From the NCBI RefSeq assembly GCF_001194135.2, contig NC_068993.1, forward strand, positions 61,907,947 through 61,959,730: a stretch of 51,784 nt of DNA, written 5' to 3'. Positions 14,401 to 27,680 of this stretch are shown piece by piece. The notes under the pieces are model-generated. The model was given only the letters and a program-made list of their open reading frames with translations, searched no databases and was not told where the DNA came from. Source of the stretch: Octopus bimaculoides. Lineage: Eukaryota. The first letter of the stretch is position 1. Every line of letters starts with the position of its first letter. The position numbers and the translations under genes were made by a program.

Positions 14401-16790
14401 GGAAACCTGAACAAAATAAATGATTATGGGTGCTGTCCCTCCCATCCTGCCCAAACGGTAAAAAGGGGTTCATTTTTTCATTCTTTGTTTCCATTTTACT
14501 GTATTTTTGTTTTCATTTCTATTCTCTTGTTCTTCTCTTTCTCCAGCTATATTCAATGTGAAAGAAGACTTCTTTGTCTATAGATCCGGTGTCTATCGTC
14601 ATGTCAACACGGTTTCAAACCTACCTCAATCCTATCATCAAACTGGCTCTCACTCGATTAGAATAATTGGGTAAGTGATATAAAACTGGGCTATATTCCA
14701 TTTACGTATGCTAACGTGTGACAGTGAAAACAAGAAGAAAGAGTATTCCAGTTATATAAGCGTATGACATCCTGAGTGCAAATCCCGCCCAGATCGACTT
14801 CGCCTTTTATCCTTACGGAGTCAATAAAATAAGTCCCAATCGAATTCTGAGGTCAATGTGATTGACTGGTTCAATCCCCCAAATTCCTGACTTGGTACTT
14901 ATAGTAGAAAGAATTATCATCAAGATTGGTAGATCGGCAGAATCGGTAAAGAACCAGAGCAATTGCCTTTTATATGATTCCGGCCGTTTACGCTCATGTT
15001 GAAATCCTACTGAGATGAACATGGCACTCCATCATTCCAAGTTTTCACAAAATTTCTGATTTTGTATCTATTTTGGAAACAGCTATTATCTTCATTTACA
15101 TATTTACTATCATAACTATTATGATAATAATATATATCATTATCATAATATATTTCACTACTTTTGCTTTTTATTCATATTTTCATGTTTAAAATAAGAA
15201 AATTTGATTTTAATTTTCCCCCCTTTTTTTTCCAGATGGGGTGTTGACTATTCCAATGGATTCCGAACAAAATACTGGGTAAGTGGAATATCCCTGGTAG
15301 TTGTGGATATTGAAGTTGAATTTCACAGTTACCTGTTGTTGTTGTTGTTGTTTAGCTCCGTGTTAGAATCGATCTTGCAGACCTATGATTAAAAGTATTC
15401 TATAGCCTTGACATTTCAGTCTCAGTGTAGCAGGATTACATCATACAATGTAGTCTATTTTTTTTTAAACTTCCGAAAAAAGTATATATATATACATGCA
15501 TGCGTACATACATACTCACACACATACCTGCATACAGACACACTCGCACACGCAGTAATTGCGACATGAAAGAGACAGGATTAAACGAAAAGAAGAAGAA
15601 CTAAATGTTTAACAACGAGAGAAGCCGAAGTAGGTGGGCAGTGTGGCGTGATGGGCGTACGTTATCGATAACATATGACAGGTACATAAAAACGGTTTAT
15701 AGCGAGGGCAGCGTACAATGGCGGTAGAGTAAAATGGAGGCAACTGGAAACAGAGGTCGTGAAAGTAACGGGAGGTGCTACTTCCGCTACTCACATCCTC
15801 CACTTCCTATGGCATACTCCTCCATTCCTCTACTTCTCGTTGTTCGCTTCACGCTTCCTCTTCCCGATTAACTTTTCCTTCTGCTTTCCATTACTTCCGG
15901 TTCCTGCCTTGGACAAAACTATAAGTAATAGCGTGTAAAGACTGAGTTAAAATCCGTATGGAAGGTTGCTCGTGGAACTCGAAATCCCAGCTTTTGTAAG
16001 CACAACAGATGTTCTACCACTGGACCAAAGTAATCCTTCGAATTACTTTATTCATTTTAGGAACTTTACACTTACCTTCGAGAATTGTATGTTGTTGACG
16101 TCATAAGAATTTATGAACTTTATATGCAGAGAGTTCTACTGAATATTTTTGCTCAATATTCATTTAACTAAAGCAGCGAATTGGCAGAATGGTTACCACG
16201 CCGAACAAAATGCCTGGCAGCATTTCGTTCGTCTTTACGTTCTAATTTCAAACTCCGCCGAGGTCGACTTTGCCTTTTATCCTTTCGGAGTCGATAAAAT
16301 AAGAACCAGTTGAGTACTGGAGGTCGCTGTAATCGACTTACCCCCTTCCCGCACTCCCCGAAATTGCTGACATTACGCTAAAATTTGAAACCAGTATTCA
16401 TCTAACTAAACGACCGGGAAGTGGTTTGATGAAATAAAGATAGTGAAAGTATCAAAACAGCTTATGCACATACGATGGATCCGGACAAAGAGACACACTG
16501 CTAATTACATTGGTAACTTCTATGAAATTCTCACTTTTTTAATTTTAAAGACAACCGATTTTCTTTTTATTCTTTTGCAGCTCTGTGCCAATTCTTGGGG
16601 ACCCAACTGGGGAGAAAAAGGTTACTTCCGTATTCTTCGAGGCGAAAATGAATGTAATATCGAGTCCTTCGTGATTAGTGCTTGGCCCCACCTTCCACAA
16701 AGAATTCATCGTTATCAGCTTGTACGTAAACGAAGATCACTTGACGAAAATACAGTAAAAGAAATTCTTTTTGGAACGAGAAACAAGTAA
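6957..16790 (+). CDS. TINAGL1: TINAGL1/Swim-like secreted cathepsin-B-like pseudo-protease; 5'-partial spliced model, 9 exons, 1136 nt
   Basis: Phase-consistent GT-AG exons give: Cys-rich CYKNG..DNCNECIC module, pro-region [40 protein letters not shown] (Ser at the catalytic Cys position, typical of the TINAG family), [25 protein letters not shown] and [26 protein letters not shown]. Confidence 0.93.
9136..9246 (+). CDS. TINAGL1: TINAGL1 exon b: [36 protein letters not shown](G)
   Basis: ttcag|...|gtaagt; 111 nt, phase 2 to 2. Confidence 0.9.
9527..9846 (-). mobile_element. tRNA-derived SINE family C
   Basis: A-box AGTGGTTAGGG and B-box-like GTCGATTCCC head, body CCAGTCCACTCAGCTGGCAAAAATGAGT, 3' end GATCGGATCAACTGGAACCCTCGACGTC. 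Other copies at about 18077-18335 (+), 18463-18845 (-), 25980-26100 (-) and 50560-50870 (+). Confidence 0.85.
11188..11420 (+). CDS. TINAGL1: TINAGL1 exon c: WKASNYSF...[14 protein letters not shown]
   Basis: tttttag|...|gtaatg; 233 nt, phase 2 to 1; contains the papain active-site motif with Cys replaced by Ser. Confidence 0.95.
11483..11905 (-). repeat. Two diverged tandem copies of a Penelope-like terminal segment, about 250 bp apart
   Basis: GAATGTATTAGGTT..GGAAAAGT.CTTTAC.TTTCAA..GAATAGACGAGG..GAACAAACGT.CCTCAGTT occurs at about 11525-11655 and 11773-11905. Confidence 0.7.
12027..12177 (+). CDS. TINAGL1: TINAGL1 exon d: [49 protein letters not shown]
   Basis: cacag|...|gtgaga; 151 nt, phase 1 to 2. 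Confidence 0.95.
12402..12552 (+). CDS. TINAGL1: TINAGL1 exon e: GVTEDCYPY...[11 protein letters not shown]
   Basis: ctatag|...|gtgagt; 151 nt, phase 2 to 0. Confidence 0.93.
12581..12950 (-). mobile_element. tRNA-derived SINE family B with CORE-like ACCTTGGGCAAGTG segment
   Basis: Near full-length. Related copies at about 3170-3320 (+), 17925-18055 (+), 19185-19380, 29390-29650, 30196-30290, 34890-35040 and 38350-38480. Confidence 0.85.
12990..13461 (+). mobile_element. Tc1/mariner transposase 3' remnant with right TIR
   Basis: Translates [31 protein letters not shown] / frameshift / [20 protein letters not shown]...EGGHFEHL*; ends TTTTGGGCCACCCTG followed by TA. Confidence 0.88.
13580..13625 (+). 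CDS. TINAGL1: TINAGL1 exon f: [15 protein letters not shown]
   Basis: tttttag|...|gtaaga; 46 nt, phase 0 to 1; cathepsin-B-type I..NGPV motif. Confidence 0.92.
14036..14181. mobile_element. hAT-Charlie-type MITE, 146 bp
   Basis: Ends TATCGGTTCTCAA...TTGAGAACCGCTG (CAGCGGTTCTCAA-type TIR); 8-bp flanks TTCTAGGG / GTCTAGAG fit the NTCTAGAN target. Confidence 0.75.
14547..14670 (+). CDS. TINAGL1: TINAGL1 exon g: [18 protein letters not shown]...TGSHSIRII(G)
   Basis: ctccag|...|gtaagt; 124 nt, phase 1 to 2; retains the catalytic His. Confidence 0.95.
15236..15278 (+). CDS. TINAGL1: TINAGL1 exon h: [14 protein letters not shown]
   Basis: ttccag|...|gtaagt; 43 nt, phase 2 to 0. Confidence 0.92.
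15610..16035 (-). mobile_element. Probable tRNA-headed SINE of a further family; single copy here
   Basis: Minus strand starts with A-box-like TGGTCCAGTGG and B-box-like GATTTCGAGTTCC, followed by about 360 nt of GC/CpG-richer body. Confidence 0.45.
16581..16790 (+). CDS. TINAGL1: TINAGL1 last coding exon: [21 protein letters not shown]...[21 protein letters not shown]
   Basis: ttgcag|; 210 nt to TAA; catalytic Asn in ANSWG. Several AATAAA hexamers follow at about 17570-17700. Confidence 0.95.
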   Translation, partial: LCANSWGPNWGEKGYFRILRGENECNIESFVISAWPHLPQRIHRYQLVRKRRSLDENTVKEILFGTRNK

Positions 16791-17090
16791 AAATGGTAAA
16801 AATCGTTTCTACAGCACTGTTTACACTAGGAAACACTTCGAAAGGCTTTTTTTTTTTTTAAACAGAAAACCAAAGAAACACAAACCATAACATGACTCAT
16901 CCATTGACGAGTTACCATTCCCCTGCCCCACGGAACTGGATTTCTTTGTAATATTTTAAGTTGACTCTTTCTATCCCCTCTATCTATCTACATGGTTATC
17001 GCTTTTTAACTTTCACACTCATTCTTTACGACCTTTTTTTCTGAGAAGCATGGGGTGAGTTAGATAAATATAACATAAAATCTTGATTTT

Positions 17091-17154
<64 letters not shown>

Positions 17155-17355
17155 CATAATCGTTCAAGCTGAAGATACATAACGTCGATGTTTTTCATAC
17201 TGATCGATCATTCAGGTGACTATATACATACATAAATTGTATATTTGTTTGAAGAAGCTGAAGATATACAACGTGGCTATGTTTTTCGCCCTGCGCGATC
17301 CTTCAGGTGACGATTTACATACATACACACATATATATATATATATACATGTATA

Positions 17356-17411
<56 letters not shown>

Positions 17412-19011
17412 AATATGTGTAAGAAAAAGTTCTGAGGCGCATTTTTAACTAAAACTGAGTGTTCCTAACAGTGAAACTGTTTCTAAATGAAATGACTGTA
17501 CGTCAAACGTGCGTCACGTGTGTTTATATGAAGAATTCTACATAATTGATATAATGCAGACGGTTTAATAAATAAGAACAAAAAATGGAATAGTAAAATT
17601 AGGGTGAAGAAAAAATATAAACAGTGCTACTACTCAATAAAAAAAAAATAGCCAAAAGTTTTTTCAATGAAATAAATGAATATTTCAAATAATAAAGCTT
17701 TAACATTTATTAAATAAATATGAAAACCGTTATACGGAACAGCAACGAAAGAAGACAGGTCTAAGCTCAGACACAAAGGTAAGGTATATTCGTTTATATA
17801 AGAGTTTGAAACTTTCTATCTATTCCATATATATATATATATATATGTGTGTGTATAGAGAGTTAGATAGGAACTCTTGTCCCCATATTGAAAACGCCAA
17901 CATTTCTTGATCTGTACTGAAGCTTACCAACCACATGGTTCCGAGTTCAGTCCCACTGAGCGGTACCTTGGGCAATTATCTTCTACTATAGCCTCGGGTC
18001 GACCAAAGGCTTGTGAGTAGATTTGGTAGATGGAAACTGAAAGAAGCCTTTATGGATATATCAACCTGTGAGATGTGAAGACACATGGCTTAGTGGTTAG
18101 GGTGTTGCACCCACGGTCATAAGATTGTAGTTTCAATTCCTGGACTGGGCGATGCATTGTGTTCTTGAGCAAGATATTTCATTTCACATTGCTCCACTCC
18201 ACTCAGCTGGCCAAAATGAGTCATCTTGTGACAGACTGATGCTCTATCCAGAGAAACTGGCAAACAGGCCCTTAGGAGTCGAAGAGCTTTACCCTTATCC
18301 TCCATCAACCTGCTAGAAATAGCTGCCACACTCTTACTATGTAAAAACAAAAAAAAAACATCAAAAAGGATAATATAGTTGGAAATTAAATCATTCAAAA
18401 AGATGTGATGGTCACATCTGGAATGTTTTTATCATAGATTTACTCAATCAGGATTGTTGTTGTTGTTGGCACTCCGTTGCTTACGACGTCGAGGGTTCCA
18501 GTTGATCCGATCAACAGAACAGCCTGCTCGTGAAATTAACGTGCAAGTGGCTGAGCACTCCACAGACACATGTACCCTTAACGTAGTTCTCGGAGATATT
18601 CAGCGTGACACAGTGTGACAAGGCTGACCCTTTGAATTACAGGCACAACAGAAACAGGAAGTAAGAGTGAGAGAAAGTTGTGGTGAAAGAGTACAGCAGG
18701 GTTCGCCACCATCCCCTGCCGGAGCCTCGTGGAGCTTTAGGTGCTTTAGCTCAATAAACACTCACAACGCCCGGTCTAGGAATCAAAACCAAGATCCTAT
18801 GACCGCGAGTCCGCTGCCCTAACCACTGGGCCATTGCACCTCCACTCAATCAGGATTAAGCCAGAGCTTAACAACGATAACAAAGCAACAAAAGCAGATA
18901 GGCACATAAACAAACAGGGAAAGGAAAGTGAATTCAGGAAGAGTAAAGTACAAAACCTCTCGTTATATTTACAGTTGAAAAAGAAAGAAAAGTGATTTAT
19001 TGAGAATATAT

Positions 19012-19079
19012 TTATTTCAAAATTGTAACAATTAATCCACAATCATGGTTACTTTTATTCCTCAGGCTGTAGATTTCAT
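19012..19079 (-). CDS. CENPC: CENP-C last coding exon: EIYSLRNKSNHDCGLIVTILK*
   Basis: tgaacag|; 68 nt to TAA. AATAAA overlaps the stop and recurs about 15 nt downstream. Confidence 0.88.
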
Positions 19080-20308
19080 CTGTTCAAAGTAGAAAAAGCA
19101 AACAAAAATACACATTAATTAGATTGACAACCTGACATTTGATCGGTTTTTGAATTTTTACTTTGGGGTCATTTACTCATTCTTTTGTTTCAGTCATTTG
19201 ACTGCGGCCATGCTGGAGCACCGCCTTTAGTCAAACAAATCAAACCCAGGACTTACTCTCTGTAAGCCTAGAACTTATTCTATCGGTTTCCTTTTGCCGA
19301 ACTGCTAAGTTATAAGGACATAAACACACCAAAATCAGTTGTCAAGCGATGGTGGGGGACAAGCACACACACACACACACACACAGAGTGTACTGGGTGC
19401 TCTTTACATGACACCAGCACCAGCTATGTTGAGTTGACATAGTTGGGGGTAAGAAAAATGTCAAACAACACAAGAAGCCTGCAGAAGATAAAGATCTGAG
19501 ATGATGTGGACAGAAGTGGTGAGGTGTGATCTCAGAACAATGACCCTCACAAAATCGATGCTGAAACACTATCATATGTATAAAAATGATGATAAATATC
19601 ATCCTTCCCAGAACACTGTACATGGTTTCTTGAACACAGAGGCCTGATGACATGCTCTGATTGTATAATAATATATGTCTGATGAAATGGTCTGGTTATA
19701 TAATAACATGTCTGATGAAATGGTCTGATTATATAATAACATGTGTCTGATGAAATGCTCTGATTACATAATATACTGAAGTACATTATTGAGCAAATAA
19801 ATAATTTGCCACTTCTCACAATAAATTTTGGGTAACGGATTATCAAATGTATTAACAAAATTAAAAAAAGGAAAACATTCTTTTAAAACAAGAGTGATCT
19901 TACTTACTTTCTGGGACCATAAAACTGTCTCCTGTTGTCAGTATCATATTCTTGTAACCAATTCTTACTTTGAGTTTACCAAATTGCACAAGGAACATCT
20001 AGAAAAATACAGGAAAAATAAAAAATAAAAACTGACACAAAATGCTACAAGTGCTCTAATGGTTTTTCTTTAAGTAACAAGTTTCGAAAAGGAAATTTCA
20101 TTTTAAGGGGTGGGGATTGAAAGAAGGTCACTGTGACATGGTGACAGGGATGTTTGTATTTTGAGTGGAGGAATGCAAAATAATCAGGCTTGGAAGTTTG
20201 GTTCTACTACATGTCTGGGAAGGCAACAAGTCATTTGATAAAGACTGTGTGCAATATAAGTGTGTGCCAGCCATGTTTATTTTTATTTATGCACCATCTA
20301 TATATATG

Positions 20309-20383
<75 letters not shown>

Positions 20384-20398
20384 GTATNNNNNNNNNNG

Positions 20399-20473
<75 letters not shown>

Positions 20474-21759
20474 GTATATATACACACACTCTTTACTCTT
20501 TTACTTGTTTCAGTCATTTGACTATGGGCATGCTGAATGTGGCCATGCTGGAGCACCGCCTTTAGTCGAGCAAATCGACCCCAGGACTTATTCTTTGTAA
20601 GCCTAGTACTTATTCTCTTTTGCCGAACCACTAAGTTATGGGACATAAACACACCACCATTGGTTGTCAAGCAATGGTGGGGGACAAACACAGACACACA
20701 AACATATACATACACATACATATATATATACGACAGGCTTCTTTCAGTTTCCGTCTACCAAATCCACTCACAAGGCTTTAGTCGGCCCGAGGCTAGAGTA
20801 GAAGACACTTACCCAAGGTGTCACGCAGTGGGAATGAACCCGAAACCATGTGGTTGGTAAGCAAAACACAGTTAAACCTGGGTAGTATTTTAATTAATAA
20901 ATTGCAATTATAGATTTTGGTTCTTTCTATATAACTAACATTAACTCAGGGTGAGGAGAAAGAAACATGGAATAGTAGACTAAACAGTTTGAATTGCATT
21001 CCGTTCAGTTGAATGAAGCTTAACAACTTATCGATCTTGCCTGTCCACTCTAAGACGCAGGTCAAAATGGTCAATTAACCCTGAACTTCAGCATCTAACC
21101 CAGGCTGTATTAATTAGCTGTATGCATGCTATCAATCTCTAAGTGTCTCCATAAGAAGCGCCTCACACACCAAAAAAAAAACAAAAACAAAAAAACGATC
21201 CAAGGGACATAACTGCATCAAACCCCAAATAGAAAATCACAAATAACAGTGGATAATGGCCGGACTAACATGAACCGCCTCTTCCCAGAGATAAAAATGG
21301 ATTTTCGAAAGGCCAACACCCCTATCTAGAATAAGCGGAAGCTAACCAAAGCATCAATCCACAAGACCTGGGAGAGGTCTACTGATGTGAAAAGACAGCC
21401 AAGTGTCAAGAACAGAGGAAACAAGTCATCAATGGCTTTAGCTCCACCAAAACAATCGAATTGACATGTTCTGCTTCTGCAATACTTTTCCTCCATCCAT
21501 TGTAGGTACAGTTTTTATATCCACCACTAAAAGTATTTGGTTCTTGTTCTATAAAGAGATATTCAATGAAAATATGGGATGGGGGATTAAAGTAAAGCTG
21601 AAAAATTGTCTTTGTGAAAAGCATCACTGGGGGTTTTTATCCACTTCTCACAACATAAACAGAGGTTAGGTTCTATATGCCCACGGGCATATGGCGTAGT
21701 GGTTAAGAGCATGGGCTACTAACCCCAAGATTCCGAGTTCGATTCCAGGCAGTGACCTG

Positions 21760-21803
<44 letters not shown>

Positions 21804-24547
21804 CAACATCAAAAAATACTTTAGGAATGAGAACTCAGGTTTGAAATTTCCCCAAGACACCTGATGAAGGCTGGAGGGTATATCAGCTGAAATGTGTTAA
21901 CAACAAACAAGATGAGGACAGATATCCATCAAAATGTAAATGATATAAAGAGAGGTTCTTTTTCAAAGCCATAGGGTTGAAACTACTTTCTGCATTTAAT
22001 GACGATAAAATTTTGAGCAGGTCTAACCACTTTCTGTGTAAAAAGGGTTAAAATTGTTCAAATCTTAGAAAGAATTTATGAAACACAAACTGTAATCACC
22101 AAGTGGATGTCATATTTAACATCTTTATATCATTGTATTAATAGTGCAATATGAACAGATGTGAATTATAGAGGAGACACACACACAGAGTACTTACCAC
22201 TTGATTCCTAGAACGGTTCAGTTGTTTATAGGCTCCTTTCTTCATAGAGATCATCCCCATAAATGCCTTCTCTGAATCCAAACAACAGCAATACACAATA
22301 TCATGTTCGTTTGCTGAATCCAACATGCTATTGTTTATGTACCTATATGTCGGTTTGGGTGCAAAACAACCTACAACAAACAAAAAAACAAATGTTTATT
22401 AAATAAAGAGGGAAAATCCTTCAAAAAAAATTACACATATATCTGCTTGTATGGTCATGGATCAACTTTGATGCATTAAATCTATGACCAAATGAGTTCC
22501 AACCATGACATTCCTGTCTTTATTTTTTCCCCCAGAATCAATGTATCTTGGACATTATTCAAAGTGTCCTATTTGTTTGTAAGATAATAGAGAGGGCGCA
22601 TTTTAATTGATATACAGTAATCTCTCGACTATCGCAGGTGTTACATTACTAGACCCTCTGCGATAGGTGAAAATCCACGAAATAAAAACAGTACCGTACT
22701 GTATATTTTTTTAATCATTTTTATAATTTGTATATATTTATTTTATTATAAATACAAAACAACACCACAGAGGGACCGACATAGGGAGGATTTTTTTGTG
22801 GCACCAGCACAAGTGAGGTTGCCATGCAGCTTGCTAGACTCTGAATCCCAAAGAAGGAAGGCAACTTTATACTAGGCGATGAGGAATAGAGAGGGGTAAA
22901 GTAGGAGTGGAAAAATGTTGGAGTAGAACCAGTGAAGAGCCACAAAGACAATAACATTTTAAAAACTCTAAGTCCATACTTGACGTGTTTGAGTAACTTT
23001 TATCATCAGGTTTTACAACTGTCAGCAGGGATTTATTTCTAATGCTCCGAGTAGTATACTCTCCAGCATTTATATGATCTGGAAATAAAAAGGAAAAAGA
23101 GAAGCAACTATAAAAACAGGCTCCTCGTCATCATTTAACGTCCATTTTCCATGCTGGCATGGGTTGGACGGCTTGACAGGAGCTGGCAAGGCCAGAGGCC
23201 ACTCCAGGTTGCATAGTCTATTTTGGCTTGGTTTCTACAGCTGGATGCCCTTCCTAATGCCAACCACTTTACTGAGGGTACTGGGTGCATTTTTTTATGT
23301 GGCACTGGCACCAGTGCTTTTTACGTGGCACCATCATTAAGGCATTTTTATGAAGGCCCAGCACCAACACCAATTGATAAAATAATGAACATACTGAGAC
23401 TGAACCTGAAACCATATGGCTGGGAAATAAAAAAAACTCCCTGACCACAATGCTTGCTTTTATTACTGCTCCCTTCTGTATAGCCTATGCCTGGCACTCC
23501 GTCGGTTATGACGACGAGGATTCCAGCTGATCCGATCAACGGAATAGCCTGCTCGTGAAATTAGCATGCAAGGGGCCGAGCATCCACAGACATGAGTACC
23601 CTTAATGCAGTTCTCAGGGGGATTCAGCATGACACAGAATGTGACAAGGCTGACCCCTTTGAAATACAAGTACTACTCATTTTTGCCAGCTGAGTGGACT
23701 GAGGCAACGAGAAATAAGATGTCTTGCTCAATAACACACATTGCCAGGATTTGAACTCACGACCTTACAATTGTGAGTTGAATGCCCTAATCACCAAAAC
23801 TTACTTTTACTCTTCAATGTCCGTTTCTCAGTTGGTGTTGTCTGAGATTTTTTGTTTCGGGAAGGTGAGATTTTTTGTTTGTCTTCTGAGACATTTGATG
23901 GTACACCTGAGGGGAGGAAAAAAAAAAACATGAAATTTCATATTTTACAGACATTTCTGTAAACAATGAACAAAAATGAAAGAAAAAAAAACATGCAAAA
24001 GAATAAAGAAAATATGAAGAAAAGAAAAGAAAAATAAAGAATAGGAAAAATGTAAGAGAATAAAAAAACATAATAGAATGGTAACTGCCATGGAATGTAT
24101 GTTTGTGCATTTGTATATTTATATACACACACACACACACACACATTTATTTATTTGTTTCAGTTCCCAGGACTTACTCTTTGTAAGCCTAGTACTTATT
24201 CTATCAGTCTCTTTTGCCAAACCACTAAGTTACGGGGACGTAAACACACCAACATCAGTTGTCAAGCGATGGTGTAGGGACAAGCACAGACACACGCACA
24301 AATACATACATATATATATACAACAGGCTTCTTTCAGTTTCCGCCTACCAAATCCACTCACAAGGCTTTGGCCGGCCCAAGGTTATAGCAGAAGACGCTT
24401 GCCTAAGGTGGAACTGAATCCGGAACCATGTGGTTGGGAAGCAAGCTTCTTGCCACACAGCCACACTGTGCCTATAAACACTAACACAAATATGTATGTG
24501 TGTGTGTGTATGTGTATATATATATATATATATGGCTGGATGGATGC

Positions 24548-24587
<40 letters not shown>

Positions 24588-26985
24588 ATACATATATAAA
24601 TATATGGGTGGAGGAATGCATGTGTGTGTGTGTATATATACATATATATATGGCTGGAGGGATACATGTATATACATACATAAATAATATATGGATGGCG
24701 GAATGCATGTGTGTGTGTATAAAACTTACTTTTACTTTTCACTGCATGTTTCTCAGTCGATGACGGCTGAAGTTTTGTGTGTCGTTGCGGTGAAGATTTA
24801 TCTTCAGGCACACATGAAGGTACACCTGATGGGGAAAATGTTCGTGTTTTATAAAGATTTCTAAAAAATAAGGATCAACAACTACAAAGAAATATATATA
24901 AAAAAAAAAAAAGAAACAACGAAGAATGGACGGAAGAAAAATTAAAATATCAAAAAGAAAAATGAGAAGTGGAGAGAGAAACAGCAAAATGAGAATAAGA
25001 TAAGGGCAGAGGAACCACCACGGACAGAGCAAGATCCCCCCCCCCCACCTCTGTTGTGGACAGTGAAGAGATGATATCTGCAGACTGCACCACTGCATGT
25101 CAGGAAGTGCAGTGTTAATCCTCAGTTAGGTGAGGGATATTTTAGGAAATATAAATATAAGGGCTACATTCATGGGTTTGTCTGACTATCTAAGATCAGG
25201 TCTGTCCAATCAGGACTGACTCCTGGATATACAATAACTTGAATGACCCCCTCATACAATATTCCAGCCATCCGTTTTTGCCACCCACTATTCCTGGGAG
25301 GATTGTTGGGGTAGTGTCCTCCTCAGCCACATCCTCTAAGGGGTCCTATCGAAAACACCTGTCATTACACTCTCCGGCTGGATTCCCAAGCGCACCCATC
25401 CGAGACTATAGCTATTATCCAACCATTTCACTGTTGGTCCTACCTTAAGTCTCCTGCCAGTTGGCTCAGCGTGAAGAATCTGTGGCATTGTAATCACATG
25501 TCCAAAGTGCCAGAGCTGCAACTTCTCAATACAGAGAAGTTGCAGCTTGACTGGGAGAGACTTAATGATCTCTGACCCAACACCCTGTCAAGTAATGTTA
25601 CTCCGCAGATACTTCAGAGAAACCCATTTAGGCCCCTTATATTTTCAATTATATTCTTCTGGTCATTACCCAAAATCCATGATCATAGGTGAGGACAGGC
25701 ACAATACTGAATATTGAAATTAAAATACATTTTCTTAAAATATCCTAAAATTGAACAGTGATCAGATTTGTGCCTTTAGAAATACAGTCAATAATTGCAT
25801 AAGCTTTGCTAAAATTTCTGTGCATAAACATCGCATTTATAAGAGTAAAATGTCATCCTTAAGGATAAAGAATAATGCCCCTTCCTGAGTCATAGATACC
25901 TTTAGGGCCTGTTTGGGGGTTCCTGGACAGGATGTCAGTCTGTCGCAAGATTACTCAGTTTTGCCTGCCAAGTGGATAAGAATAATGTGAAATGAAGTGT
26001 TTTGCTCAACAACACAATGCATCAGCAGATCCCAGGAAATGAAACCACAAATTTACAATCATGGGTCCAGCACCCTAACCACTAAGCCATGTATCTCCAC
26101 CTTCCTTTATTTGTACGTAGTTTAAAATCATGATTAAATAAGCAAAAATAATTATGTATACTTGTCATTAAGCAAAAAGAAGCTGTTATATACATGGGTT
26201 ACAGTTTGACAGCATCCAGCAAGTCACAGGGCTGTGCCAAGTTCCAGTGTTGGCTTTGGCATTGTTTCTGTGGCTAGATGCCCTTTCTAATGCCAACCAC
26301 ATTAAAGTGCATACTGGGTGCTTTTTAAATGATATATATATATAACTTACTTTTGCTTTTTGATGTCTGTTTAGCAGTTGGTGATGGCTGAGACGTTTTG
26401 TGTTTTGAAGGTGAAGGTTTGTCTTCAGGCAAACCTGAAGGTACACCTAAGGGAAAGAATTTCTTATTTTATAGCTATTTCAGAAAACGCTGAACAACAA
26501 AAGAGAAACAAGGAAAAGAAAGAAAAACACAGGTAATACAATAATGTGAGGAAAGGAATGAAAAAATAATAGTGAGAAAGAGTAGAATAAGAGGATGGCT
26601 ATAGATGCATGGTTTAGATAGCTCAAAAGATCTGCTGGTTGCACTCATTCTGTTGTTACTTCTTTATAAAGCATCTCCTTTGCATCAGTAAAAGTTCATG
26701 ATGATGCTAGTGTGCCAGTCATTGGGGATAACATCTCCCTGCATAACTAGCTTCATTAAGCAAATAAATTAATAATGTGTACATCCAGCTTCGGATATTT
26801 TAAGTATCTTGGCTACTATCACCAAAAGACCTACCAATTTCCAGGGTTTTATATCCTTCATGGCATTTTCTACTAAACGGCAGTCAACCTCAATGTATGT
26901 TCTTGGGTTTACAAGAGAGAAAGCAAATGCTCTTGATGTATGAAGCAGAGCTTATTCAGATCAAATGCCTCTGGAGTTAGAAAGT

Positions 26986-27018
<33 letters not shown>

Positions 27019-27637
27019 ACTTACTTTTATTTTTCAACATATTTTTCTCAGGTGGCTTGGGTTTCTTGTGTCGTAGAGATGATTTGTCTTTTGGTACACC
27101 TGGGGGTATAGCTGAGAGGGGGAAAAAGTTCCTATTTTACAGACATTTCAGAAAATAATAAACAAAAAATAACAAAGCAAAAAAAATAAAGTAGAAATGA
27201 AAATCAAAGAAAGAAAAAAGAAAAATAAACAAAAAAAATGATGAGTAATAGAGGGAAGAAGAGTTATTTACAGAGTGATAGCAAATAAGAGCATGCACAG
27301 AGTAAATCCAACTTGCTCCACTGCTTCCATGGTGGACAACACCAGAATCTCCAGACACACAAAAACACTGAACCATCAAGAGATTACAGCATCCCACGAC
27401 TGGACAACTGCATGTCAGGATGAGCAGCATCGAGCTAGATGAAGGCATGGCATATTTCAAGAAATAGATGTATCATCATCATTATAATATTCACTTTACA
27501 ATGCTCGCATGGATTGGACAGAATTTGTTGAGGGGAATTTTCTACAGCTGGATGCCTTTCCTGTCACCAACCTTCACTATGCTCCATTGTCTGCTCTGAT
27601 GTGGTTTCTACAACTCGATGCCTTTCTTAACACCAAC

Positions 27638-27680
<43 letters not shown>

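Noticed and set aside
20298-20480. Duplicated compound (TA)n block on both sides of a 10-N gap
   Set aside because: Identical flanks around a minimal gap are a typical scaffolding overlap artefact.
21685-21760. tRNA gene candidates here and at other SINE heads
   Set aside because: A and B boxes are present, but I could not build a full cloverleaf, and each continues into a SINE body.
22521-22545. Minus-strand TTC TGG GGG (F-W-G) as a possible CENP-C motif remnant
   Set aside because: It is immediately preceded by TGA, has no upstream Arg cluster and lies in a repeat fragment.
25500-25900. Possible CR1/L2 reverse-transcriptase remnant (LGPLIFSI)
   Set aside because: It is a single weak motif with no recognisable flanking RT motifs, which is too little to call by eye.
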